Positions 40,514 to 50,019 of a stretch of DNA of 64,000 bases are shown here, piece by piece. Position 1 is the stretch's first letter, and every line of letters begins with the position of its first letter. The DNA comes from Pseudomonadota bacterium (lineage in GTDB: Bacteria > Bdellovibrionota_C > UBA2361 > OMII01), in NCBI GenBank assembly GCA_038134595.1, contig JAYPVM010000006.1:32001-96000 (forward strand), read 5' to 3'. Under the pieces are notes generated by a model. The model searched no databases and was not told the DNA's origin. It saw nothing but the letters and a program-made list of their open reading frames with translations. A program made the position numbers and the translations under genes.

Positions 40514-40573
40514 ATTACGCCAAGAAGACCCGTTGAATACTACCTAAGAACCACTATCAGATAAAAAGATGCC

Positions 40574-42010
40574 TTACTCACCAAACCCATTTGCATGCTG
40601 GCGAACAAGCTCATTTGAAGATGTTTTCAAATTTTCTTTATCCGCTAATTTTTCCAAAAGCATTGCTGGCAACCCGCCTATTGAGCCTGCCCCTAAGCAT
40701 ACAATCACTTCCCCATCGACAAGCTCTCTGTCGAGAATCTCCCATACACCAGTAAGGGAAGGCACAAACGCCTTGTCACTATGGGTTACAGCAGTGGTTA
40801 AGTTCTCACCAGTGATGCCATCAATAGATTCCTCATTGGCGCTATAAATATCAGTAATAATAAGACGGTCGCAGTCCTTAAACGCTCCCTGCAAATCCTT
40901 CCAGCAACTCTCTGTGCGACTATATCTATGCGGCTGAAAAACTGCTGTAATTCGCCTCTTTGGACTTACAAAACACTCCCTCAAGGCACGCAGACTTGCC
41001 TGAATCTCAGTTGGATGGTGCCCGTAATCACTCATCACTGTCACACCTTGAGAAGTTCCCACCACTTCCAATCTTCGTTTTACTCCCCCAAAAGAGCATA
41101 GCGAACCTCGAACTGCATCTATCGGCACCCCAAACTCAAGTCCGACAGCGATTGCGGCCAATGCATTCTGCACCAAATGTCTACCTAACATTGGCAAAAA
41201 GAACCGTCCCAAGTCTTCGCCCAAAAACGTCACAGAAAACTCCATTCCTGCTGGGCCCGCAACTATATCAATCGCTCGCAAATCAGCATCCTCACTGAAG
41301 CCATATGACATAGTTCGGCGAGATATCTCACCTAAAAACTTTCGTAAAACTGGATCATCGATACAAAGTATTGCAAGCCCATAAAATGGTACTGATTCGA
41401 TAAACTGACGAAAAGAGTCCTCTAAGTCGCTACGTGAGCTGTAGGCATTCATATGCTCATCGTCTATATTAGTCACGACAGCAACGGTTGGCTTCATCAA
41501 CAAAAAGCTCCGATCGCTCTCGTCGGTTTCTGCCACGAGGTATTCCCCTCTACCGAGTCGAGCACCTGTACCTAAGTGTTGCAACTGCCCTCCAATAATA
41601 ACCGTCGGATCGAGCCCGCCTGCCTCAAGAATTGCGGAGGCAATACTTGTTGTTGTGGTCTTCCCGTGAGAGCCAGCAACACCCACACCGTACTTTAGCC
41701 GCATCAACTCCGCTAGCACTTCGGCGCGCCGCACTAACGGAAGCTGTCGCCTCTTTGCTTCGAGAATTTCCGGATTATCCGGCACTATGGCTGATGAATA
41801 AACTACCAGCGAGGCCTCGGCCGGTATGCTTTGAGCACTATGCGTAAAAACTATGTGCGCTCCCTGGGCCATCAATCTATTACAGACGGCACTCTTCTTA
41901 ATATCAGAGCCGCTCACCTGAAAACCTGAAGCTAGAAGAATTTCGGCCAATCCCGACATCCCGGAGCCGCCGATCCCTATAAAATGAAAATACAAGCCTG
42001 CTTTGTACAT
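40574..42010 (-). CDS. murC: UDP-N-acetylmuramate-L-alanine ligase
   Basis: HFIGIGGSGMSG, GSHGKTTT, ETDESD, DYGHHPTE and FQPHRYSR motifs. Confidence 0.98.
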   Translation of the reverse strand: MYKAGLYFHFIGIGGSGMSGLAEILLASGFQVSGSDIKKSAVCNRLMAQGAHIVFTHSAQSIPAEASLVVYSSAIVPDNPEILEAKRRQLPLVRRAEVLAELMRLKYGVGVAGSHGKTTTTSIASAILEAGGLDPTVIIGGQLQHLGTGARLGRGEYLVAETDESDRSFLLMKPTVAVVTNIDDEHMNAYSSRSDLEDSFRQFIESVPFYGLAILCIDDPVLRKFLGEISRRTMSYGFSEDADLRAIDIVAGPAGMEFSVTFLGEDLGRFFLPMLGRHLVQNALAAIAVGLEFGVPIDAVRGSLCSFGGVKRRLEVVGTSQGVTVMSDYGHHPTEIQASLRALRECFVSPKRRITAVFQPHRYSRTESCWKDLQGAFKDCDRLIITDIYSANEESIDGITGENLTTAVTHSDKAFVPSLTGVWEILDRELVDGEVIVCLGAGSIGGLPAMLLEKLADKENLKTSSNELVRQHANGFGE

Positions 42011-42350
42011 AAAGCCTCACAAAACTCCGGTTATAAAAGAGGTCTTATAATACAGATAAATATACACAAGGAAAACTCTAGTATAGGGCATCTAGCTTTT
42101 ACGTGGCACGAGTCACATAACTAACTAAAAACGGGCGCGTTTTTGAGATTTTCATTCCCGTCGTTCCAGAACGGTTGGTAGTTATTTCAAACAAATCAGA
42201 CTAACAAAGGTCCCCACATCGCCTCCATGTAGCTTCAATTATCAAGATCGCTTTGAGTCGGATAAGACCATTGTTTGCATCGACAACCTTTACTAGACTA
42301 TTTGCTGGCAACAGGTGATAACACATTAAAATAGTATAGCAAATACGCCG

Positions 42351-43100
42351 ATGGAAATCCTTGAGGAGCTTAAAGTACTAGATCAACCAACAGATACGCC
42401 GCCCCAGGTGCGATATCAGTTTAAGTCTCTTCCCGGATCGAGCCACTCATGGGCCATAGGACATCTCCTGCGGGATATTAGAGGCAAGTCCATGCTGGAT
42501 GTGGGAGCAGGTGGTGGAGCAATTGGACAAATTATTGCCGGCCATCACCCACGACAGATTACAGCGGTTGAAATAGATAACCGAGCCCACGAGAATCTAC
42601 AAAAAACCTACAACTCTGTTTTCACTGAGGTTACTGAAATCCAGGGTGAGCGCTTTGACTGGATAGTTGCCTTGGACATCTTGGAACACCTTACAAATCC
42701 TGAGCAGTATATTAACAATCTGAGGAATCTTCTCTCTCCGGGCGGAAAAATGCTGGTTTCAGTTCCTAACGTTGCACATTGGAGCGTTCGCTTTCCCCTC
42801 TTTTTTTGCGGAAGTTTTGAATATCGCTCAATCGGAATTATGGATGCCTCTCATCTTTATTTCTTTACAAGAAAACGATTTCACCGACTGTGTGCCGGAT
42901 TAGCCAAAACAAATGTGATAGAATTTTCCTCGAGCATTGAGCCCTTCGAACTAGCTCTCCCTAAGTGGGTAGGAAAGAGTCCGATCTACCAAAAATTAAT
43001 CCCCGCCCGTCGTCTATTTGCCAAGGTATTACCGGGCCTTATGGCATACCAACATCTAGCCCTGCTACAAGATTCATCCTCCGACGACGTTACCTCGTAA
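42351..43100 (+). CDS. Class I SAM-dependent methyltransferase
   Basis: LDVGAGGG, FDWIVALDILEHL, VSVPNVAHW and GIMDASHLYFFT motifs. Confidence 0.9.
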   Translation: MEILEELKVLDQPTDTPPQVRYQFKSLPGSSHSWAIGHLLRDIRGKSMLDVGAGGGAIGQIIAGHHPRQITAVEIDNRAHENLQKTYNSVFTEVTEIQGERFDWIVALDILEHLTNPEQYINNLRNLLSPGGKMLVSVPNVAHWSVRFPLFFCGSFEYRSIGIMDASHLYFFTRKRFHRLCAGLAKTNVIEFSSSIEPFELALPKWVGKSPIYQKLIPARRLFAKVLPGLMAYQHLALLQDSSSDDVTS

Positions 43101-43281
43101 GCTCATCGAAAGCTTTTCCATCTACAAGGCATTTCTTGAGAATTAAGAATACTGGCTAACCCCGTCTTATGGGCCTAATAAGGTTCGCTATTTGAGGCAA
43201 AGGGATGTTATCAACAGTGGGCTCGTGCTAATGTCTAGTTGCAGCGCCAGGGAGAACTAAAAATAGAGTAAAGGCCCTTAA

Positions 43282-43611
43282 ATGAATATCAGCTTCATGG
43301 AAATAGCGGTCATATTTGGCTTGGCTCTCTTGTTGTTTGGGCCAGAGCAGTTGCCCCACATCGCCCGACAGGTCGGAAAACTCGTCGGTGAGCTTCGCAA
43401 GGGGAGCTCAATGATCAGAAAAGAGTGGTATAATGCGGTATATCCACCAGCCCAGGAAATGAAGCAAGAAATATCTCGCTACTCCTCAGAGCTACGCACG
43501 ATTGGCAACGAGGCCTTGTCATTATCTCCCACTGCTTCAGAGGCAAAAGATTCAACAGCAAACAGTGAGGCGTCGATCACAAGTAAAGGTGGAAAGGAGC
43601 ATAACCAATGA
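43282..43611 (+). CDS. tatB: Twin-arginine translocase TatA/TatB family subunit (TatB-like)
   Basis: FMEIAVIFGLALLLFGPEQLP; 4-nt overlap with tatC. Confidence 0.85.
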   Translation: MNISFMEIAVIFGLALLLFGPEQLPHIARQVGKLVGELRKGSSMIRKEWYNAVYPPAQEMKQEISRYSSELRTIGNEALSLSPTASEAKDSTANSEASITSKGGKEHNQ

Positions 43612-44396
43612 CGGCTCCATCCTCAGAACAATCCACAATGGGCATCCTAGAACATCTTCGAGAGCTACGGCGTCGCGTGTTGTTTGTTGTGATATCAATT
43701 TTGATCGGAGCCTGTGGAAGCTATTACTATGCAGACATAATTTTCAATTGGCTGTGCGCCCCTTATTTCGAGGGTTTCGGCGACAGCGTTTTAATCGGCA
43801 CCTCCCCAGCTGAAGCCTGGATACTCAAAGTAAAGGTCTCCTTGTTCACGGGCGCCATCATTATGTCGCCGTTTATTTTTATGCAGGCCTGGCTGTTCAT
43901 ATCTCCAGCTCTCTATCGCTCGGAAAAACTGCTTGCGATTCCCTTTGTAGTATCAAGTAGCTTGCTTTTTCTTGGTGGCTCCCTTTTTTGTTACCACCAA
44001 GTGCTTCCGCTTTCGTTCCAGTTTTTTTACGAGCAGTTTCAATCAATCGGTGTTACCCCCACGATTAAAATAGGAGATCATATCTCTCTAACACTTCTAT
44101 GTATCCTTGGTTTCGGTGCAATATTTCAGTTGCCAGTTGCGACGTTCATTCTCGCTAGAATGGGGTTAATAGACCACAGATTTTTAACTCACTGGTTCCG
44201 TCACGCTGTGTTAATCATTTTTATCCTTGCAGCTATCATCACACCTCCTGATGTGATCACTCAATTCTTGATGGCTGGCCCACTGCTCATCCTTTACGCA
44301 ATTAGCATCATTATTGCTCGATACAGTTATAAGCCACTACCTGCTAAAGCAGACACTAATTCAGAAAAGACCCAACAGGATCTCTCAATACGATAA
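43608..44396 (+). CDS. tatC: Twin-arginine translocase TatC
   Basis: EHLRELRRR, WLFISPALY..EK, FQLP and IITPPDVITQ motifs. Confidence 0.97.
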   Translation: MTAPSSEQSTMGILEHLRELRRRVLFVVISILIGACGSYYYADIIFNWLCAPYFEGFGDSVLIGTSPAEAWILKVKVSLFTGAIIMSPFIFMQAWLFISPALYRSEKLLAIPFVVSSSLLFLGGSLFCYHQVLPLSFQFFYEQFQSIGVTPTIKIGDHISLTLLCILGFGAIFQLPVATFILARMGLIDHRFLTHWFRHAVLIIFILAAIITPPDVITQFLMAGPLLILYAISIIIARYSYKPLPAKADTNSEKTQQDLSIR

Positions 44397-44669
44397 TTAT
44401 CATCGAGCCTCTCCTAGTGTGGCTAACTTACCTAAAATCCCACTAAGTATCGAAGCCCCCATCCGTTCGAAACAGCTACAAGCTACAAACTCGCCTACAC
44501 GAACTAGTCCTCTTCTCACGATCATATGTGAATAAAATGTCCTCCGGCGCTCCCTATCCTCCAACAACCCACTTTCTTTCGATAGCAATCCCCAAGTTAC
44601 CTAAATCCTACAACTGCAAACCAACCCATCTATTTGGCGCCATACTTTTAGCCGTATCATACCGCTGGC

Positions 44670-44699
44670 TTGCAAAAATGGTGCTTTCCCCGATACACT
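44670..44699 (+). promoter_or_regulatory. Putative sigma70 promoter for the sRNA candidate
   Basis: TTGCAA (44670-44675), 18 nt, TACACT (44694-44699). Confidence 0.55.
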
Positions 44700-44703
44700 C
44701 ATT

Positions 44704-44870
44704 GTTTGACCTCAGGTCCCTTCAGGCTCTACCCTAAAAGTAGGGCGAATATTGACTGAAGTGGCTGGAAATCCCTCCCCATGTACTTAGCTTCCCCTCT
44801 GGTTGCTTCAGAAGATGTTTCGTTCAAACTGGTGCACCTATCTCTTTTCAGAGATAGGTGCTTTTTCTTT
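44704..44870 (+). ncRNA. Candidate small RNA (~165 nt) with a C-rich loop
   Basis: Promoter, internal stems and a strong terminator with no credible CDS. Confidence 0.6.
44834..44870 (+). terminator. Intrinsic terminator
   Basis: GCACCTATCTCT-TTTC-AGAGATAGGTGC perfect 12-bp stem followed by TTTTTCTTT. Confidence 0.9.
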
Positions 44871-45023
44871 CTCAATTCACTCGTACTTTGAAAAGCTACC
44901 CCTGCAAAGCTATGCTCGGAGACACCTTTTTTATAGATATCAGGGGTATTGCTATTGACGTGTCCATAGTAGCATCTCTACCAAAAGGGAATTCCTACGC
45001 CTTAGAGCAATGGCATGTAGCAT

Positions 45024-46052
45024 ATGAAAGCGCGTTCAGTCACAATCACAGCCCAAGAGATACAAAAGCTCGTTGGAGGCACACTTCATGGGCCAGAAAA
45101 ATTCATTGTTCGAGGCCTCAGTACGTTAGAAGCCCCTCAAGCGGAGACAGTCGTTTTTTTTCGCGGCTCTTCAGAAAAGAAGCTTCAAGAAATAATCGCT
45201 CAGTCCCCCCCTTTGTTTATCTTAGTGGGATTTGCGCCCGAAAATGTAACAAACAACAGCTCTTGTCTATTACGTGTCGACAATCCTCAAGAGAGCTTTA
45301 TACGGCTAGTTGAAACCTTCTACGAATCTGATCAACCGCTTCCACATGTAAGCCCAAGTGCCATAATTCATCCTTCAGTAAAACTGGGAAATGATGTCTA
45401 CATCGGTTCACATGTAATCCTTGATGCCGATGTTACTCTGGGAGACGGAGTAAAAATCCATGGTGCCACCCATTTATATCGAGGTGTCACCGTCGGAGCA
45501 AACTCTGTTCTTTACAGTGGCGTTCGCGTTAGAGAGGATTGTGTAATTGGGTCAAACTGTACCGTGCATGCCAATTCTGTTATCGGAGCTGATGGCTTTG
45601 GCTATCTTCCCTCTCGATCTACTGGACTACTCAAAGTTCCTCAAGTCGGTTTTGTACTAATAGAGGATGACGTTGAAATTGGAGCTTTGACTTCCATAGA
45701 TCGTGGGACAGTTGGTCCAACAGTCGTTGGAAGGGGAACGAAAATAGACAACCAGGTTCAAATCGGACACAACGTTCAAATCGGCAAGTATTGTATTATC
45801 TGTGCTCAGGTTGGAATAGCTGGAAGTGCTGTGATCAGTGATGGCGTGGTTTTGGGAGGTGGTGTCGGCGTAGCCGATCATATTCACATTGCACGCGGCG
45901 TACGTGTAGGTGGTCACTCAGGAGTAGTAAGCAACCTACATATTCCGGGGGACTATCTGGGAATGCCAGCCATAAAGGCATCTTTGTATAAGCGAACACA
46001 GGTGTATCTCAAAAAACTTCGAGAAACCCGTAGTCGCTCCAAATCTATCTAA
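45024..46052 (+). CDS. lpxD: UDP-3-O-(3-hydroxymyristoyl)glucosamine N-acyltransferase
   Basis: Hexapeptide repeats; [24 protein letters not shown] and [12 protein letters not shown] motifs. Confidence 0.96.
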   Translation: MKARSVTITAQEIQKLVGGTLHGPEKFIVRGLSTLEAPQAETVVFFRGSSEKKLQEIIAQSPPLFILVGFAPENVTNNSSCLLRVDNPQESFIRLVETFYESDQPLPHVSPSAIIHPSVKLGNDVYIGSHVILDADVTLGDGVKIHGATHLYRGVTVGANSVLYSGVRVREDCVIGSNCTVHANSVIGADGFGYLPSRSTGLLKVPQVGFVLIEDDVEIGALTSIDRGTVGPTVVGRGTKIDNQVQIGHNVQIGKYCIICAQVGIAGSAVISDGVVLGGGVGVADHIHIARGVRVGGHSGVVSNLHIPGDYLGMPAIKASLYKRTQVYLKKLRETRSRSKSI

Positions 46053-46067
46053 GGGAGCCCTGTACTA

Positions 46068-46673
46068 ATGACTTTAGAAGAATTAGCTCGTCAGCCTATA
46101 TTTACCGCAAGCATTGTTATCTGCGCGTTAGTCATCACATACGCAGTAGTCCGATGCTTATCTGCCCTCACTCAAGGCGCTGTACGAACCATTGCAAACG
46201 CGAGCATATCACCGATAGAGCTGGAGAGTATTGAATTAGCAGGCCACTTTCATGAAGACCTAGAGCAGCTTATTATATGGGTCGTATCAATTGAAAAACT
46301 CTCCGCCGAGCTTCCGGGTCCATTTGACGATCACTCATGGCTTCGACTGCTAGAGCTTATTGACACGCTCGAGATGATAAGAAATGAACTCAATACGAAA
46401 CTACAGGAATCAAACTTCGCTATCGCTCTTCCGCTAAGTCGATATCTCACGGGCCAAAAAACTACTCCTCCAGAAATTTCTCTTCCTAACGGAAAACAAA
46501 TTCATAGCATATCTCATTGGCAAGACACCTCGCATAACCTCATTCTGCGCATGCTCTCAAGGATAGAAGACGCTCTTACCTATGGCACAGGCGGAAATTC
46601 CAAGGAGATTTCAGATTCCTTTCGAAAAAACCTGGCAGACATAAAAGAAGACGTGCTTCAACGACGTGACTGA
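46068..46673 (+). CDS. Hypothetical membrane-anchored helical protein
   Basis: 201-aa ORF with AGGGAG SD and N-terminal TM segment, 15 nt after lpxD. Confidence 0.7.
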   Translation: MTLEELARQPIFTASIVICALVITYAVVRCLSALTQGAVRTIANASISPIELESIELAGHFHEDLEQLIIWVVSIEKLSAELPGPFDDHSWLRLLELIDTLEMIRNELNTKLQESNFAIALPLSRYLTGQKTTPPEISLPNGKQIHSISHWQDTSHNLILRMLSRIEDALTYGTGGNSKEISDSFRKNLADIKEDVLQRRD

Positions 46674-46692
46674 ACTGACACCAACCCTGAAG

Positions 46693-47187
46693 TCAACCTA
46701 CCTGCTTAGCAACCTCTACGGTAAAAAACTCTTCGTGCAAAACACTCACGGCCATCTTGCAATATTTTCGTGCAACCATAATGGAAATCTTTATCTCAGA
46801 TGTATTGACCATCTTAATGTCAATACCAGCACGCGCTAAGACTTTAAACACCCTCGAAGCGACTCCCGTGTGGTACCGCATGCCGATACCAACAACAGAA
46901 ACTTTTGCAATATCTCTCTGAATCGTCACCGCATTTGCCCTCAAGGTTTCAACGCTATTACGAATAATCTCCAGCGCTCGTTCGCTTTGTTCATCAGGGA
47001 CAGTTAAACTTACATTAACCTCATCGTCACCAATAAACTCCTGAGAGATCATGTCGATATAGATATCCTCCTCCGCAAGCACTTCGAATAGATGCGCTAA
47101 GGATTTAATATCAGCCTTCATGCCCGAGACAGCTATCTGAGCCTCGTCTAAGCGGTGCGTCACACCTGTCACCAACGCCTTTTCCAT
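46693..47187 (-). CDS. Nested in-frame aspartate kinase beta subunit (internal start)
   Basis: AGAGGAGGAACTC-ATG at the EEELMEK junction just before the ACT domains. Confidence 0.65.
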   Translation of the reverse strand: MEKALVTGVTHRLDEAQIAVSGMKADIKSLAHLFEVLAEEDIYIDMISQEFIGDDEVNVSLTVPDEQSERALEIIRNSVETLRANAVTIQRDIAKVSVVGIGMRYHTGVASRVFKVLARAGIDIKMVNTSEIKISIMVARKYCKMAVSVLHEEFFTVEVAKQVG

Positions 47188-47973
47188 GAGTTCCTCCTCT
47201 GAGACAACGAATGTTCCATTTCTTCCGGGCTGCAAAGCTCCTAAAAACGTAGATAAAACCACTAGAGGTACCTTATATCGCATTGCAAAATAAACCGAGC
47301 GAGTATGGAGCACTTTCGCCCCCAAACTAGCCATTTCCAACATCTCTTCATGCGATACTTGCGGCAACAAACGTGCGTCTTTGCAAAGTCGGGGGTCAGT
47401 AGAAAACACCCCCGCAACATCAGTGTAGATAAAACACACCCGTGCGTGTAATACAGCTGCTAGAGCAACCGCCGTAATATCCGAGCCCCCTCTACCTAAG
47501 GTAGTAATGTCTCCCGAATCGACACAAATACCCTGAAATCCAGCAACAACAGGAATGCCATTATCTGCCAATAGACTTTTTAGCGCTTGACTTTCAATAC
47601 CCTCAATTTGTGCGTTAGTGTGCCGATCATTTGTAGAGATCCTTGCCTGAGGGGCCAAATAACTTCTTGCCTTCAATCCCCTATCCTGTAACGCCATCGC
47701 CAAAAGCGCTACAGACACCTGTTCGCCACTTGCCAAAAGAACATCCATCTCTCGCGGCGCTGGACTATTGGCACAGTGCTTGGCAAGGGATGTAAGGCGA
47801 TTAGTTTCTCCAGCCATCGCAGAAACAACCACAACTATACCTTCGTTCGGATTGCGCACTCGATGCTCTACGATAATATCAGCAACACGATTGATTCTAT
47901 CGACATCACCTACAGAAGTTCCTCCAAATTTCATAACTACGAGGGGGCATGTCACTAACACATCTGACCTCAT
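46693..47973 (-). CDS. lysC: Aspartate kinase (alpha subunit, two ACT domains)
   Basis: VMKFGGTSV, VVSAM, TLGRGGSD, TDVAGVFSTDPR and TSEIKIS motifs. Confidence 0.96.
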   Translation of the reverse strand: MRSDVLVTCPLVVMKFGGTSVGDVDRINRVADIIVEHRVRNPNEGIVVVVSAMAGETNRLTSLAKHCANSPAPREMDVLLASGEQVSVALLAMALQDRGLKARSYLAPQARISTNDRHTNAQIEGIESQALKSLLADNGIPVVAGFQGICVDSGDITTLGRGGSDITAVALAAVLHARVCFIYTDVAGVFSTDPRLCKDARLLPQVSHEEMLEMASLGAKVLHTRSVYFAMRYKVPLVVLSTFLGALQPGRNGTFVVSEEELMEKALVTGVTHRLDEAQIAVSGMKADIKSLAHLFEVLAEEDIYIDMISQEFIGDDEVNVSLTVPDEQSERALEIIRNSVETLRANAVTIQRDIAKVSVVGIGMRYHTGVASRVFKVLARAGIDIKMVNTSEIKISIMVARKYCKMAVSVLHEEFFTVEVAKQVG

Positions 47974-48425
47974 GGAACATCCCTCTCTACATGTGCTCGC
48001 CCAGGAGTTATCGTCAACGTTCGTTTTTCTGGTTCTTCCGTTTCATCCAAATCTATTGTGACGAAGAGGTCTATAGCCCCTTCGGGCCATCGAACGCTTT
48101 CTGGCCACTCGATCAATCGGAGTGTCGATTCATTAGGTTGCTCGTATAACTCATCCGGCAGTTCTGCAACCCTGTAAAGATCCCAATGCTCTACTGTAAA
48201 CTGAGTCCCAATCGCGTACTGATACTCGAGCGTATACGACGGTGAAGCCACCTGGTCAGATTGGCCTCCTAAAGCGGCAACAAAATACCGAACAAATGTT
48301 GTCTTGCCCGCGCCCAAAGGTCCCGACAAGCCAATAACACATCCGCCATCGACTGCAGCCGCAAGCCATTGGGCAGCTTGCCTGGTGTCATACTCGCAAG
48401 AGATGCAGAATATCTTGTTCATCAT
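47970..48425 (-). CDS. tsaE: tRNA threonylcarbamoyladenosine biosynthesis ATPase
   Basis: LSGPLGAGKTTFVR, SPSYTL, HWDLYR and IEWPE motifs. Confidence 0.95.
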   Translation of the reverse strand: MMNKIFCISCEYDTRQAAQWLAAAVDGGCVIGLSGPLGAGKTTFVRYFVAALGGQSDQVASPSYTLEYQYAIGTQFTVEHWDLYRVAELPDELYEQPNESTLRLIEWPESVRWPEGAIDLFVTIDLDETEEPEKRTLTITPGRAHVERDVP

Positions 48426-48479
48426 AGCAATTCGGCAGTACCCGAACCGAAACAACCACAGAAGCACAGAGTAGCAAGA

Positions 48480-49895
48480 CTATTCGCTCCATTCAGTATG
48501 AAAAACACCATCTTTATCTTTCCGCTCGTACGTATGGGCTCCAAAGAAATCTCGTTGTGCCTGCGTCAGGTTTTGAGGCAGATCAACCGTTCTAAAGCTA
48601 TCAAAATACGACAGTGATCCACTAAGCGCCAGTGTGGGAACACCCCGCTCCGCCGCCCTACAAACAACAGACCGAAGGCTTGGAATACAGCGAGTTAGCT
48701 CCTCCTTCATAAACGGATCTGTAACTAGATTTTTCAGATCTTGCTTTCCTTTAAACGCCCTGCGAATTTCATCTAAAAATTGCGCGCGGATAATACATCC
48801 GCCCTTCCACATAGCCGCAATTTCATCTAACTTCAAATCCCATTGCCAATGGTCCGATGCAGAAGCTATAAGAGCCATTCCCTGGGCATAAGACATAATT
48901 TTCGAGGCATACAGTGCATCGTGAACTTGTGAGACTAATTCGTCCGACCGAGCTGGAGCCGATTCAATAGCCTCTGGCGACATGAAATCTTTTGCGCCCT
49001 CAATTCGCTGATCCTTCATACTACTCAGGATCCGAGCATCCACTGCCGCCGATATTGTTGGAATAGCGACACCAAGCTCCAGTGCAATTTGAGCGGTCCA
49101 CGTTCCGGTTCCTTTTTGGCCAGCCTTGTCTAGTATTTTATCTACTAAAAAGGAACTATCATCCTCATCTCGCTTTCCAAAGATTTTTGCCGTAATCTCT
49201 ATTAAATAAGATGAAAGCGGCCCACTATTCCAAGAAGTAAAAATCTCCTGAAGCTCGATGGGCGTGTATCCCCCGATTCTTTTTAGGATGTCATACGCCT
49301 CTGCAATTAACTGCATGTCACCATATTCGATCCCATTGTGAACCATCTTAACAAAATGGCCAGCCCCATTAGGCCCAACGTAATTTGTGCATGGCTCATC
49401 TGCTACCGCCGCAATTTTCTCTAGTAACGGCTGGACAATCCTCCACGCTTCTTTAGGGCCTCCAGGCATCAAACTTGGGCCTTTGAGCGCACCCTCCTCG
49501 CCTCCTGAGATTCCAACTCCCAGAAAGTTCAAACCAACATCGTACAGTTTTTTCTCCCGACGAATTGTATCCTTGAAATAAGTATTTCCTCCATCGATTA
49601 TGATATCGCCCTTATCCAAAAGAGGAATGAGCTGATCAATAATTGCATCAACTGCTCCGCCAGCCTTGATCATTATAAATATTTGCCTTGGAGCCTGCAT
49701 GCTGTTAACAAATCCCTCCAAGTCATAGGAGGATACGAATGCACTGCCATCAACGACAAAATCTTTTTCGAACTGCTCAGTCACACTTCGACTGCGATTG
49801 TAAACTGCAACTGGTATGCCACGACTCTCAATGTTTCGGGCTAAATTGGAACCCATCACTGCTAAACCGATTACACCAACGTTTGGCTTACTCAT
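48480..49895 (-). CDS. gnd: NADP-dependent 6-phosphogluconate dehydrogenase
   Basis: GLAVMG, VKMVHNGIEYGDMQ, GQKGTG and QAQRDFFGAHTY motifs. Confidence 0.98.
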   Translation of the reverse strand: MSKPNVGVIGLAVMGSNLARNIESRGIPVAVYNRSRSVTEQFEKDFVVDGSAFVSSYDLEGFVNSMQAPRQIFIMIKAGGAVDAIIDQLIPLLDKGDIIIDGGNTYFKDTIRREKKLYDVGLNFLGVGISGGEEGALKGPSLMPGGPKEAWRIVQPLLEKIAAVADEPCTNYVGPNGAGHFVKMVHNGIEYGDMQLIAEAYDILKRIGGYTPIELQEIFTSWNSGPLSSYLIEITAKIFGKRDEDDSSFLVDKILDKAGQKGTGTWTAQIALELGVAIPTISAAVDARILSSMKDQRIEGAKDFMSPEAIESAPARSDELVSQVHDALYASKIMSYAQGMALIASASDHWQWDLKLDEIAAMWKGGCIIRAQFLDEIRRAFKGKQDLKNLVTDPFMKEELTRCIPSLRSVVCRAAERGVPTLALSGSLSYFDSFRTVDLPQNLTQAQRDFFGAHTYERKDKDGVFHTEWSE

Positions 49896-50019
49896 ACAAA
49901 CTCTCCTTACCGCTCACTCCCGCAGCCCTATTTTTTAGTCAAATATCGTGACCTATTGTTACTTCCCTGGTGGGAATGTACGCCTTTATATGCAGCCGGT
50001 ATTCTAGGACAGATTGAGA

